A DNA stretch of 55,637 bases, filler included, from Sphacelaria rigidula (taxonomy: Eukaryota): assembly GCA_964200075.2 (NCBI GenBank). It is 4 parts of 4 records of this genome, joined end to end, with 100 filler letters (N's around TTAATTAATTAA, not from the genome) between each part and the next. Parts side by side here need not be neighbours in the genome. Positions count along the whole stretch, not along the records: positions 27,871 to 41,704 come from CAXNAA020002638.1; 3 more parts are not named here. One strand, written 5' to 3'. Both the position numbers and the translations under genes were made by a program. The notes under the pieces are model-generated. The model made no database searches and was not told the DNA's origin. It saw only the letters and a list, made by a program, of their open reading frames with translations. Below, in pieces: positions 27,771 to 38,540 of this stretch; the stretch's first letter is position 1; each line of letters starts with the position of its first letter.

Positions 27771-27870
27771 NNNNNNNNNNNNNNNNNNNNNNNNNNNNNN
27801 NNNNNNNNNNNNNNTTAATTAATTAANNNNNNNNNNNNNNNNNNNNNNNNNNNNNNNNNNNNNNNNNNNN
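27771..27870. other. Artificial contig-joining linker
   Basis: N44-TTAATTAATTAA-N44. Confidence 0.98.
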
Positions 27871-27960
27871 TATTGCTTTTAGAGCTTAAATCCGTTTTTA
27901 GGCTGGCCCAGCTCGTGGCATAATCAGCGTGTCCTCGCTCACCACTGCTCAGTCTATTGT
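27871..27960 (-). CDS. Probable exon 3 (truncated by contig end) of the minus-strand plastid-protein gene
   Basis: gcag acceptor at 27961-27964. The phase-1 start fits exon 2, and the frame is open to the contig end (DNRLSSGERGHADYATSWASLKTDL). Confidence 0.45.
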
Positions 27961-28199
27961 CTGCTTTCTGTTCCACAAGAGCACTACAGTGTGCAGCAGC
28001 GATATTGACAGCAAAAGGGAGGCTAGGAACGCCACAAAGACTACGCACAGAGCGCAAATGGCCTCCCTCGCTTGTGTGTCTCGATGGTTAGGTGTTAGTT
28101 ACCCTAATCGTCAAATATGAATTAATCGCCAAGTTGGATCATGAAGGGTAGCGAGGTAACTGAATTGACCAACCAGCACCATCACAGGGGTCACTCCGT

Positions 28200-28465
28200 T
28201 GGGTTTGGCATATTCTGAGGAAAGTTCCGAATACGCATGATTGGATATGCCAGTTTCCACGTCGATATGGGAATCGGACCCGCCACTCCCTCAAAAAATC
28301 ACCCCCGTCGCTCGTTGGACGATCCTGTTGCGAGGCGAAGCTCGCCGTCCAAGGGTCAAGGACTGTTTCAGATAACAGGCAAGGGGAAGTATATTATATC
28401 TTGCCTGACGAGGCTGGATCCCTGGGGGGTCAGTTGAAGTGCGACAATTAATTAATCAAATCAAT
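28200..28465 (+). mobile_element. Intronic non-LTR retroposon 3' end with (AATC)-type tail
   Basis: Ends ctggatccctggggggtcagttgaagtgcgacaattaattaatcaaatcaat. The same tail occurs at 46780-46843. The 5' boundary is approximate. Confidence 0.6.
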
Positions 28466-28521
28466 GCGGGCGCTTTTGTAAAGGCGCAACTTTCATACTA
28501 TACCAAGTGTAATAGACTCAC

Positions 28522-28631
28522 CAGAGGTAACTGCACTGTTCCCGCCCGCCGGGTCCCTGTTGTCTGATCGGGCCCTGTTAGACACGCCTCCATCTGTCTG
28601 TGAACTTCTCTTGTTCCTGCCATTGATTTCC
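28522..28631 (-). CDS. Exon 2 of the minus-strand plastid-protein gene (unknown function)
   Basis: cag acceptor and gtgagt donor. The phase-2 start matches exon 1 (AA|G), and the frame is open (EINGRNKRSSQTDGGVSNRARSDNRDPAGGNSAVTS). Confidence 0.65.
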
Positions 28632-29228
28632 CTGCTCATGAACAGGGGTCGTAGGTGAAACGCAGTACCACGAGTACGATCAGAGCAATGATCGAGCGAA
28701 AGTATCAAGTACACTCGCCATCAGTACATGCACTTGATGTACACGTACAGAGACCAGTCGCATATAAGGTGCGGTACCCTTCCATGCCATCGATCGAATC
28801 ACGAGACTTTGCGAATAATACCGACAGTTCCGAAACAGGCACGGACTGAACATAACGAGACATTCTTGCGGCAGAGCACGAAGTCGGTGGCCGCAAGGTA
28901 CTACCTGCACTCTGTACTGTGCACCGAATGTACGGCACTACAAGTTGTCGTTGATGCTGGTCGGTGTGTAGGTGCAACCGACGAACGACTACGAGTACAG
29001 TATGCGTGTAGTTGTGGCCACATCAGTCAGTTCATGTATTTTTGCGTAGTGTAAAAGATCGAAGCGATACATTCGGAGAGCCCTGTCCGACCGCAACTTG
29101 TACACAGGAGATAAAAATATACGTCGGCACCCCAGCAAAATCCATCGCAACCCAAGTTCAGAATTAGCCCACCAGGCAAACAAATAGCACATGCAACAGG
29201 TCTGAGGTTACAGACACCTCAACAAGGT

Positions 29229-29257
29229 AGAGTAGAGTAGAGTAGAGTAGAGTAGAG
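29229..29257. repeat. (AGAGT)n microsatellite, intronic
   Basis: About 6 tandem units. Confidence 0.9.
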
Positions 29258-29446
29258 TGAGCATAGTATAGACAGTATCAGACAGAACCAACTTCAAGAA
29301 AACGCCATCACACCCTCACCCTCATGTTACTGGGACAAGAGCACAGACGGCTAGTGCGACGTGGACACAACAGTACCACACAATATCGTGAAGTATACTT
29401 CATCTGCCTTCTCGCCCACGTAAAGTACAGTACTGCATGTACTCAC

Positions 29447-29784
29447 TTGGTGAGTACTCGCTCCGAAGACCCAGGATCAGTGGCCGTTGACGACACCGCT
29501 GTAGATCTCGGTCGCAGCAACACCGCCCGTCGCCGCCCCCCTCCCAAGCACGGCCCCCACCCGCTCCTGACTTGGACAGCAAAGCTCTCGACGATTCGTA
29601 TTCGCTGGGCGCACAGAAAACCTATCCCTAACCCTAACCCTAACCCTAAGCTGGCCCTGCTATTCTTGAATGCCGCTCGCCGCCGCCTTTGCCGTGTGTC
29701 GATTCCCGCAGGACGTGATCTCTGGCGGCATTTAGTTGGTTGTGCTGGGTGACATGATGACGACGTGCCCGGTCGGGACGGCAT
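29447..29784 (-). CDS. First coding exon of a probable plastid-targeted protein (unknown function)
   Basis: ATG at 29784. A basic N-region and hydrophobic LGLGLGLGIGFL are followed by a VES|F cleavage-like motif and an Arg/Ser-rich transit-like segment. Donor gtgagt at 29446-29441. Confidence 0.7.
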
Positions 29785-29993
29785 CAATTCGGAGGTGCGT
29801 AATTGCCTGTTCCAACCGTTCCGTGCCGCAAAGTAAATGCTGCTGTGCATCGCAGCAGTTCCTTTCCGCCACCAGCACTGCAAAGTATTAATAGTTGTAT
29901 AGTCCCTAGATGGTACCAACATACCGTACAGTACCAATCTTGTACAGCACAGTCAGTAGAGCACCCGGAACAGGACGGTACAGACAGCAGTAG
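29785..29993. promoter_or_regulatory. Short head-to-head interval: putative bidirectional promoter and 5' UTRs
   Basis: Lies between the minus-strand ATG and a plus-strand donor AG|gtaagg at 29994. The matching acceptor cgcag ends at 30265, upstream of the ATG at 30294. Confidence 0.45.
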
Positions 29994-30293
29994 GTAAGGG
30001 TCAGTTGGACTGAGACAGAATCATGCACACCGAGGAGGCGTTTTGTGTTTCACATGAACTGCAATCGTACAGTTCTGTGCAGTCTGCTCTCCAGGTTGTG
30101 GGTGTCACGTTCTTTACCACCCCAAGCAGGCGGGACGGTACTGAACCGGTGTACTGAACAGCAGATAGGGTGTAGCTTGCTTATTGATAACAGCAGAGTC
30201 ATGGATTGCCCTGAGGGAGGTATCAGGGTAGCTACATGTAGCCCAAGGCGGCATTCACCCCGCAGAAATCCCATCGGGCATAACAACGTGATC

Positions 30294-30590
30294 ATGCAAA
30301 CCTTTTCTCTATCCACGTCAAGCCCAACTCTCGCGGGGACCAACATCGGGGCGGCTGCTCTCTTACTGTTGTTGGCAGTACTAGCGGTGCCATCCCATGC
30401 GTTTATTGTCGCTAATCCCGGTGGAATGGTAGGGTTGGGTAGGGTACGGGGAAAGGCATCTGCGAGGGGTGCGAGTCCAGTGATGATGGCGTACGATGTC
30501 CGGTATTCACCCAACAGGTGGGCGGGGGAAGAGATCGAGCCTGGTTTCGGAGGCGTGTGGCCCGGCGACCCAGACGCCGAGACCCACAAT
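30294..30590 (+). CDS. First coding exon of a plastid-targeted protein, possibly a 2Fe-2S ferredoxin-like protein
   Basis: Signal peptide AAALLLLLAVLAVPSHA|F (ASAF-type) and a transit peptide, then AYDVRYSPNRWAGEEIEPGFGGVWPGDPDAETHN, ending at a phase-0 gtgag donor. The ferredoxin guess rests only on THN|V resembling the first ferredoxin beta-strand; no Cys motif was seen. Confidence 0.75.
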
Positions 30591-31266
30591 GTGAGATGGC
30601 TCAGAGACAGGATATACACAGAGGCAGTAGTGTGCAGCACAGAATAACGTAGCGCCGTTTGTTGAGTAGAATCGAGTAGGGTTAGGACGTTGCTGTGCCA
30701 TGTTGCTATATCGCGTCCTTCAGCTATTGTCTGCGTTTGGCAGGTGATGGTTATATCTGAAGTCGTTGCACTTGATGTTGGAGTGCGGGCTTCGCTCATG
30801 TTTTCAGTCGGTGGACTGCGCTTTAGCGCTGTCTTCACGGAGGAAAATTTGAGAATGGAACTGTGACAATGAGAATGTATATGGCGGTTCACAACCTCAT
30901 ACTGTACTCACTCACGAGGAATCACCCGCCATCCCTATCGAAAGCAAAAACAAGAATGATAATGAGAGAACGCGATGATGTGACAACACGCGAACATACC
31001 AGAGCGTCACACCCTCACGAGAAGTGAGCCGGTAAAGGAGCGGATCCCTAGGGCATGCCACCGAGTGTAGGGACTGTAACCAAGCGCTGCGCTTGGGACA
31101 GCCCGTACGTGTTATGGGATTATTTGCATCCTTCAGCAACCTTTTCCCGATTATTGTCATCGGGTATGCCTCTCTTGCGACCGTGGCTGGATTCGTAACG
31201 GATTAGTTCATCAATCCATGCGCAATGATCAACGAAAGCAATCCATTAGAATAGACGGCCTGCCTC

Positions 31267-34200
31267 CAGGCTTTTGCTTGTTAAATTATGCGCATTTTTT
31301 TTTATTATATATGCGCGTTATTCCATTTTTTTTTTTTTCATGTTCAAAAATGATTATCATGCGCCAATTTATGCGTATTTTGGTGAAGTATGCGCGACTT
31401 ATGCGCCTTTTTCGCGTCGTTTTTGAGGTGTTTTCTGGCGGGTTCCAGCAAGGAAACAAGACGGCACGTAAAACATTCCGAGTTCACGATTGCTTCAAAG
31501 AAAGGTTCGCTCATTTTTTCTCCGTTCATTGATTTTGAAAGCCACCATAAAAATAATGATGAACAGAACAACAATAATAAAAAATATAAACATGAATAAT
31601 AATGAAAGTTCTGGGCTTTTTCTCTCGCCTCCTCAGCGATCTCCTTCGCGTCGCGCTGTTGCGGCGCGGAAGTCCGCACCTCGATCACCTCGACCTCTTT
31701 CTGCTCTACCATGGTAGTGTAGTGCTCACTGCTGTATTGTCGGTGCAATGTACACTGTGCGCTGTACACTAGGTACAGTTGTGGATTGGACTGTTTGGTG
31801 TGTGACGTTGTGGCGGAAGCCGCGGCATCGAGTTCATGGGTACGGGTCGCTATATAGTAATTAAACTAAAATCATCGATTTTTTCGTTGTTTTCCATGAT
31901 TCTCGAACGGATTTAACCCTGGATTTCTGTGTTGATGGACACACGTGCGCTACTCAAGCCCCATGCAGTGTTATTCCTTTTCGATAATATGGAGGCGATG
32001 TTTTGGCAGCTTGGGCGTGAAGAGCATCCGCACCCCGCGTCAGACTACGCCGAAACTTGGAGGATGTGTAGATTGATATTAGAGGAAGGTGTCACTGTCA
32101 CAGCTACAGCAGGGGAACTCGGTGATGGCCCGGTCTGCATTCATACGGTGGATAATCATCGGGTACGCGATCACGTTTTTTAACACCCTGCTGTCTGATG
32201 ACGATTATAGTGGGTATAGTGATAGTTGAGCACGCTGACTGTGCAATGGATCCTGCGGGCCTCGGATCAATCTTTGCCCAGTTAGGGATGAACGCTCGAA
32301 GAAACCCAGCAAACAAGCATCGTTTATTGTCCGCTATATATAAGAGGGTTGGAAGGTGAACGTTTCCGCTCCAAAACGGTCGACAGTCGAAGGTTGAGCT
32401 CCTGTCGCGCGACCAGTGGGTTGCGCGACGGGCCCTTGCCGGCGTACCTGGTGCTGGAGGCGACATCCCGGTACAGACAGTCTCACTACTACCGACCTGG
32501 CCGTGCAAACAGGCTGGCAGCCGGAGTGGGCGTTGCACTGGTATTCTTCTAGCCTTATCAACTTGAATTATCTCCGCAACGGCGTTGCACGTGAATATTT
32601 CGGTGATTTCCTCACTTCCACTTCGGCCATATTTTGACGACAACGCCACGGTCCCACTGCCCAACTTTATATGTGAAAATGTACCAAGATGGACAGGATA
32701 CTTCTGTTCGGCTTTAAAAAAAGTGTACTGCGCACAGTACTGACATCTGTTGTCGAGTACAGCTGCAAGACGGTCGGGTTACGAAAATCTGGACCTGCGA
32801 CGGGTGGTATTACCCGTACACATGAACGGCAGCAGAAGCGGCTGGGTACATGTTGTGGTGAACTGCGGAAGACAGGTGGAAATCACTGCAGAGCACAGAT
32901 ATACGAAGGATGTTACGTTCTGCGGTGTGCCATATCACCTTGCACGTTGCTGCTGTGCATCGAGTACGTTGTGCAGCTACAGGCGTCACTGATGCAGGTG
33001 GTGCGCACCCTTTAAGGCAGGCGGCCCGCAGTATATGACATGCTGTACTGACTGTATCACTTGTGTTCAGACCAGTGCAGACGGGGTGGGGCCCGCATGT
33101 ACATAACCCTTCACGAACTTCGTCGTTCACTACCGAGTCAGCAGGTTTTTTCGGTAGAAATCGCTTGCAATCTGTGCTGTTACATAACTCGCAAGCGATG
33201 CGGCTTTCTTCACCTCCGCACACCGCCCGTGAGGCGAGCTCTTGATGGTGGAAGTGCCCGCCCCTCTTCCCGTGATGATCTCCAGCCTTGGTCTCAGACA
33301 ATTGAAACCTTCGGAATATGACAGTATCTACTGGAAGTTACACATCTCGCCCCCTACCGCCTCCATATTATCGAAGAGGAATAACACTGCATGTGCCCCT
33401 GAGAGGTCAATAAGATTGAGTTTTTTTTTTTCCTGTCCAGGTCCAGGCCGGTCTGGGCTTCATTTCCCTTCGCTAGCTGGCACAGCCCAGAACAGTTCAG
33501 TATATCGATGATATTTTCACAGGCACCGTGTCATCATGAAACAAGCTTATACGGTATACCCTCGAAGAAGGGCGGTGCTCTAGCGCACCGGATCGCACAC
33601 CCCAGAGGAATGCATGTTTGCGTTAGCTGTCTGATGTCCCGTGTGTCGAGTATTTGGTCATCTTCACCACTGTATCTTCAAACAATTTCTGTCGCGGTAC
33701 CAACTGTATCTTCACCGCAAGATGCGCCAAGCCTGGCCAGTCGGTGGGCATCGCTTGAGTACTGTCTGTATGGCACCGTTCAATACGAGCCATCCCGAAC
33801 AAAAGCACGACGGCCAACAATAGAGGGCTACAGTAGCAGCAGTAATGCCGATATAGCCCTTTTCTGAGGTTATGCCATCAGAGGGCATGAAACAACGCGC
33901 AGCGATAGCGATGGCACCGCCTTATCTCATGCCCCGTATCCAAAGCCGTGCAGGATACAGGAGGCAAAAGCTAGCTAAGCGCAAAAATGGAGACTGCAAC
34001 GCCGACCCCCTCCACCGCAACGATAACGCAGGCACGACGACGCTCATAGCGAACGTTGGGTACACCAACCCGTATACAGAAAGACAAAGCAAAGCACTCC
34101 TTGTGGGGCCGTTGGTGTCGTGGATACCATCTTTCCGCAGCACAGTACAGTCCTGTACTGTGGCTGCGGTTGCTGCGGTTGCTGCGGTGGCTGCGGGAAT

Positions 34201-34723
34201 TAGAAGGCCCGGTGAGCACAAGTGTGACGGAGTCTATACTAAAATCAAGTTTGCGTTATATAAGCGTTATATAATGTAGAGGGCCTGGTACTAATTTAAA
34301 TTAAATTACTTGAAATTAATGTAGGCGTTATATAATTTGGCCCGTACCCATGGGCCCGCCGCCGAAGCCGCTGTTTGATCTGAAAAATGACATTTTTTTT
34401 ATTTAGTTTCACATGAACATAAAGTAGCTCACATACAGCATCATAATCGACATTGCACCCGCAACCAAGTTTCGAAAGAAGAAATTACGAACACGAATGC
34501 CACGACTCCACGAACCACGCCACATGAAGCACCCGTGGCCAGGTAGTAGCTGCTGAATATGGGGTGCATAATCCCGTTGGAGTACTATATGCGCCAAGTT
34601 GTGCGTAAAACTTAGCTTTGATGTCTTTGTTATGCTGAAATCTCCGAAAACATATGTTTAATAAAAACGCGTATGCTCATGCGCAAAACCCCGTCTCATG
34701 CGAATTCATATGCGCACAGCCGA
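31267..34723 (-). mobile_element. Old non-autonomous hAT-like element containing a nested relic
   Basis: Perfect 8-bp TSD cctgcctc (31259-31266 and 34724-34731), degenerate TIRs and ATGCGC-rich subterminal repeats at both ends. A weak dimerisation-like remnant (GLCTPYSAATTWPRVLHVA) lies at about 34500-34580 (-). Confidence 0.6.
31814..34373 (+). mobile_element. Decayed TIR element encoding a spliced, KDZ-like transposase relic (copy A)
   Basis: Imperfect TIRs with an exact core, CATGGGTACGGG (31835) and CCCGTACCCATG (34341). Coding relics are LFLFDNMEAMFW, YSCKTVG(C)TKIWTCDG (1-nt frameshift) and RRGGARMYITLHELRRSLPSQQVFSVEIACNLCCYI, which resembles the KDZ GE...YDIAC-x-L motif. No TSD was found. 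Confidence 0.5.
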
Positions 34724-36719
34724 CCTGCCTCAGCAGTGTTGTTCCTTTCCAATATTATATTGTGAAGGTATTTTACAGCGATTATAATTCATGATCCGCG
34801 GGGTCAATTGGAGGCAGTCATTCTCTAAGGCCAAAATATACTGAGACTAGAGGAACAGACGCCCTTGGAAGAGAGGTCGCCACATCAGCACAGATACCTG
34901 GCGCTACAGACAGACACCGCGCATTTGGCAGCCGGATGGGAAAGGGACGCATATCACTGCGGGGGGAGGGAGCGTTTATTGCACGATATGTATCCCGCCA
35001 CGGCAATACCCGACGAAGTTGACACTGTGTTCCAAGTAGCAATACAATGAGTACAGTAGTATTGACTGTACGATGCGGACGACGCCGGACGACGCCTAGG
35101 CAGGTCTAGAATACCCGCGATCCATCCGTGAAAGAACATCAAATTGAAACTCGCACGCTGCCCTTTTGTGGAACCAGGTGAAAACTCCGCAAAAGGGCGA
35201 TCACTCGCCTGTCAGAGAAGGGTAGATATCTTCACGTGCGAGCATGTCACCGAAGAATATCCGGGTAATTGTGATAGAAGTAAACTACAGCAATTGCCCC
35301 GATCATTCTCAGATTGTCGTGGTAACCGCCACGCTGAGTCTAGCACTGTGAAGGAGGAGAAGTTGCCCCCTGCCCGAGCAGGTCCGCAGTGGTCCTTGTC
35401 AGAAGACATTCTTTCCTTTGACTACGTTGTGCGGCCGCGTCTTGCTCGACACGGTGTATCAAAGCCAAGTCCATCTGCCTCTGGCATAAGGAGAATCTTG
35501 AGCTGTGGTTATTTTCTGTCTTGGTGCCAGCCTCGACCGACAGGAGGCCGACGTAAACAGCGAGACTGGAAATACTTACCTCTGGCTCCGCGCAGATTTC
35601 ATGTCGTTTCCTCTAGAACTGTCATCAGAGAAATGCTCTACTTTTCGGAATCACCGCAGCATCGTGCATACTCATACATTCAAGCCACGCAGCGCACAAA
35701 ACGCCTTAGGTCGCCGAAACTGCTGCGTCAACACATACCTGCGATTTCAAAACACACACGTCAACTTTCAATATCATCAGACGCCAGGTGTGCTGTGTTG
35801 GGGTGCCTAATCTCCAAAAATACCGCCTACATATTATTGAAAAGTAACAACACTGTTAGGCGGTGTTTCAACGAAACAAAGAAAGTAAGAGCCATTTCGT
35901 GATAGTGATGGTAAAATGATGGTTCTTACTTCATGAGAAATAACCGCCCTTCCAATCTATGGTGGTAAACAAGTGATGCGTACTAGAAATGTAATGACGG
36001 TAACAACACGCGAATAGACCAGCGATAAGTAGGGCGGCAATAACGCGCCAGATGTATGGGCATTGTCGCAGGTCGAACCTTAGACCGCCTCCCGCACGAG
36101 AGGAAGAAACACGAGCAGTAGTTGTGGTAGCAGCAGCATCTTTACTACCGGCAGGTTTGTACAGTTGGGGGTGGGGATGAATCAGCCGGTGCCAACACTG
36201 CTGCTGCTGCTCTTCCTCGGGCGAGAGACGGTCCGCGTTTCGACCGTGCGACAGCGCCCACGCACCTTGCGCGTGGTTGCCACAGTGCTGGGAATCCATG
36301 GTCCGTACTACCCGCCGATGGGTCCATGCTTGCTTACTCGGCGAAGTGCAGGGAGATATAGCTGTGCGCATCTCTGTGTGGGAGCTGTGCACGTCGGGTG
36401 TGCTCTCTCCCACGTGTGATTATTGCTGGCGATGGGAAAGCTAGCTGTGCGCCCAATGAAGAGCCGAACGGCCCATGCCTGGCAAACATGTGGCGTTCCT
36501 CTCGGCATTCTCACGCGAATGTTCATCCACTCTCCGAAAATTAATCATCAAATATCACATTTTCGTGAAAATGATTTTGGGGGATATAAGAATCTGGCAT
36601 CTATTCACAACCAATCGGAACACCAGAATAAAAGCCCCTCAAACGTTCAGAATCACCGTCACTCTCACGTCGCGTTCTCACCTTTCTGGTCTAGCTAAGA
36701 CGTGCCCTTAACCAACGTG

Positions 36720-37760
36720 AGATTACTTCAATACGTCAAATACCTGCCCTAGTACACTCTTGTTTTTTTTCGATAACATGAAGGCCGTGTATTGGGAGGT
36801 CAGGCGTCGAGACAAGGCGCACCTTGTGTGTGATGACGCTGAAACTTCGACTACATCTTGGGTGATGCCACAGGTGGGTGACGAAGCGACAGGTGTCGCC
36901 AGGCGCTGAGAGCGCTGTGTGCGCGAAAACGGTGGTTATTGGCCTGGCCAGATTCCTTTTTCATTCTACATTGTCTAATGATAACTGTGAAGGGTAAGAT
37001 ATCAAACCGGCGAGGGGACAACAAAAGCCAGCTGTGTCATCACGCTTCGCCTGCTCATGGATGGATGCTCGACGAGACACCGCCAACAAGCACTGTTTGG
37101 ACCCCGTTATATATCTGAGGGCATTGGGCCTAACGTTGCCGCTCCAACTCTTGCGGTAGCTCCACGTGCAGGTCCTCTCGCGCAAACTGTGGGGTCTGCC
37201 AAGAACCGCTGTAAAGCTACCTGGCGAGAGGCTATGTCTCCCCTTACAGCCAGTACCAGAATTTCCGTTACCTGCATGATATCAGTCTGATGGATACCCA
37301 TGAAGATGATAGCTTCGATATCCCCAGTAACACGTTAGAGTACGGTGGTACCAGGTTTGTACATGACTATTTCGGCGGTCCAATAAGTTCCACCTCGCCG
37401 AGCTGTCGCGAAACGTTATACTACCCAACATAGTGAGTCGTTGTGCAAGTCTAGTTCCACGCCAGACACAGTCAGCAATGCAGTACTCATGTACACGGAG
37501 TGGCGCCTGCAGCCGAGAATATTGCATCAATTTAGTCATCAAGTCCGGGTACGGGATACGTTTCGATTAGCAATGACTTGCAACCTGTGTCGTGACGTTT
37601 CTCTTGCGCCGTGCAGATCCTCGACAGTGGTACCGTGGCTGTGGCGTCATCTGTCCGTCCTGATTTCAATGACTCCTATTCCCACAAAAAAAAATCTCTG
37701 GATGCCAATACAGTTGATGCCGTTGAGCACGACTGTTTCAACTGGAGCACTACAGTCGTT
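36720..37760 (+). pseudogene. Diverged paralogue (copy B) of the coding relic at 31920-32830
   Basis: Collinear peptide matches to copy A: LFFFDNMKAVYW/LFLFDNMEAMFW, MDARRDTANKH/MNARRNPANKH, DYFGGPISSTS/EYFGDFLTSTS and QYSCTRSG/EYSCKTVG. Confidence 0.75.
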
Positions 37761-37949
37761 GTTGAATAAAAGCAGTCCGTTAGAAATAAGCCGACATATT
37801 ATCGAGTATAATTCATATTAAGTAGGCAGAAGATAACCTGACTACACCCGACATTTGCTTACGCACAAGGGCGTGTGCTACCGGGAGAGAAAACCACGAT
37901 TCAAAATCCAAAATCACTTTTGTCTGTGATTGGCCGCGACGACACCCCC

Positions 37950-38540
37950 TCCCCCCCAAATCCTGCGTGGTCAGCCTGGTCCGGCGAGAGCCCAGTGTGC
38001 TCCGTCCCGGCTTTGTAGGGGCGGACCCCCGATGGGGTTAGCGTCCGTTGGCGATGGCGCTGTGAAACACACCACTCACCGCGAAAGCTAGGCGACCAGG
38101 TTACCGATTTTTTTGCGCGCTTGCGTCTTTTTTGCGGTAAACATGATGGTAGTCGAGCTAGACCATGTTGTGCGACGTGGGAGAACCTCAACTTCGTACA
38201 ATGGGGATGACCGTTCTACGTAGTGTTTAAATGGTGAGACACCCATGGGGCAGTGTATAAGCCGTGGCTATCTCTGGAAGTGGCGATACCAGAAATTAAG
38301 GCAACTAATTGTAGGCTGTCATCCAAATGCAAGAAAATCAGTAGGCTTCGAGCCGAACTATTCAGCAGGGTGCAGCTCACCCTTAATGCGACTCGCCGAA
38401 CACACCACGGCGCTTCGAGCTTGGTGACTGAGTGCGAGCCTGGTTCGGCGAAAACCCATCGTGCTCCGTCCCGGTTTTGTTGGGATTCGAGGTCAATGAT
38501 CAGATGAGTGTGGCATGCATGATCATGAGTACACTCCCCC
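37950..38540 (-). repeat. Second copy of the ~580-bp repeat at 12016-12600
   Basis: Reverse-complement similarity throughout, with internal direct repeats at about 37973-38020 and 38436-38483. Confidence 0.8.

Noticed and set aside
17200-29784. Single long minus-strand gene starting at 29784 and continuing into the 17-26 kb exons
   Set aside because: It would cross an artificial linker between contigs that are probably unrelated.
32750-32992. Ulp1 protease-like VVLPVH..W motif
   Set aside because: The catalytic His-Trp pair is absent, and homology with copy B supports a different reading frame.
35144-35902. 252-aa ORF as a protein-coding gene
   Set aside because: Non-ATG start, no recognisable motifs and no coherent splice structure; probably a chance or antisense frame over decayed repeat.
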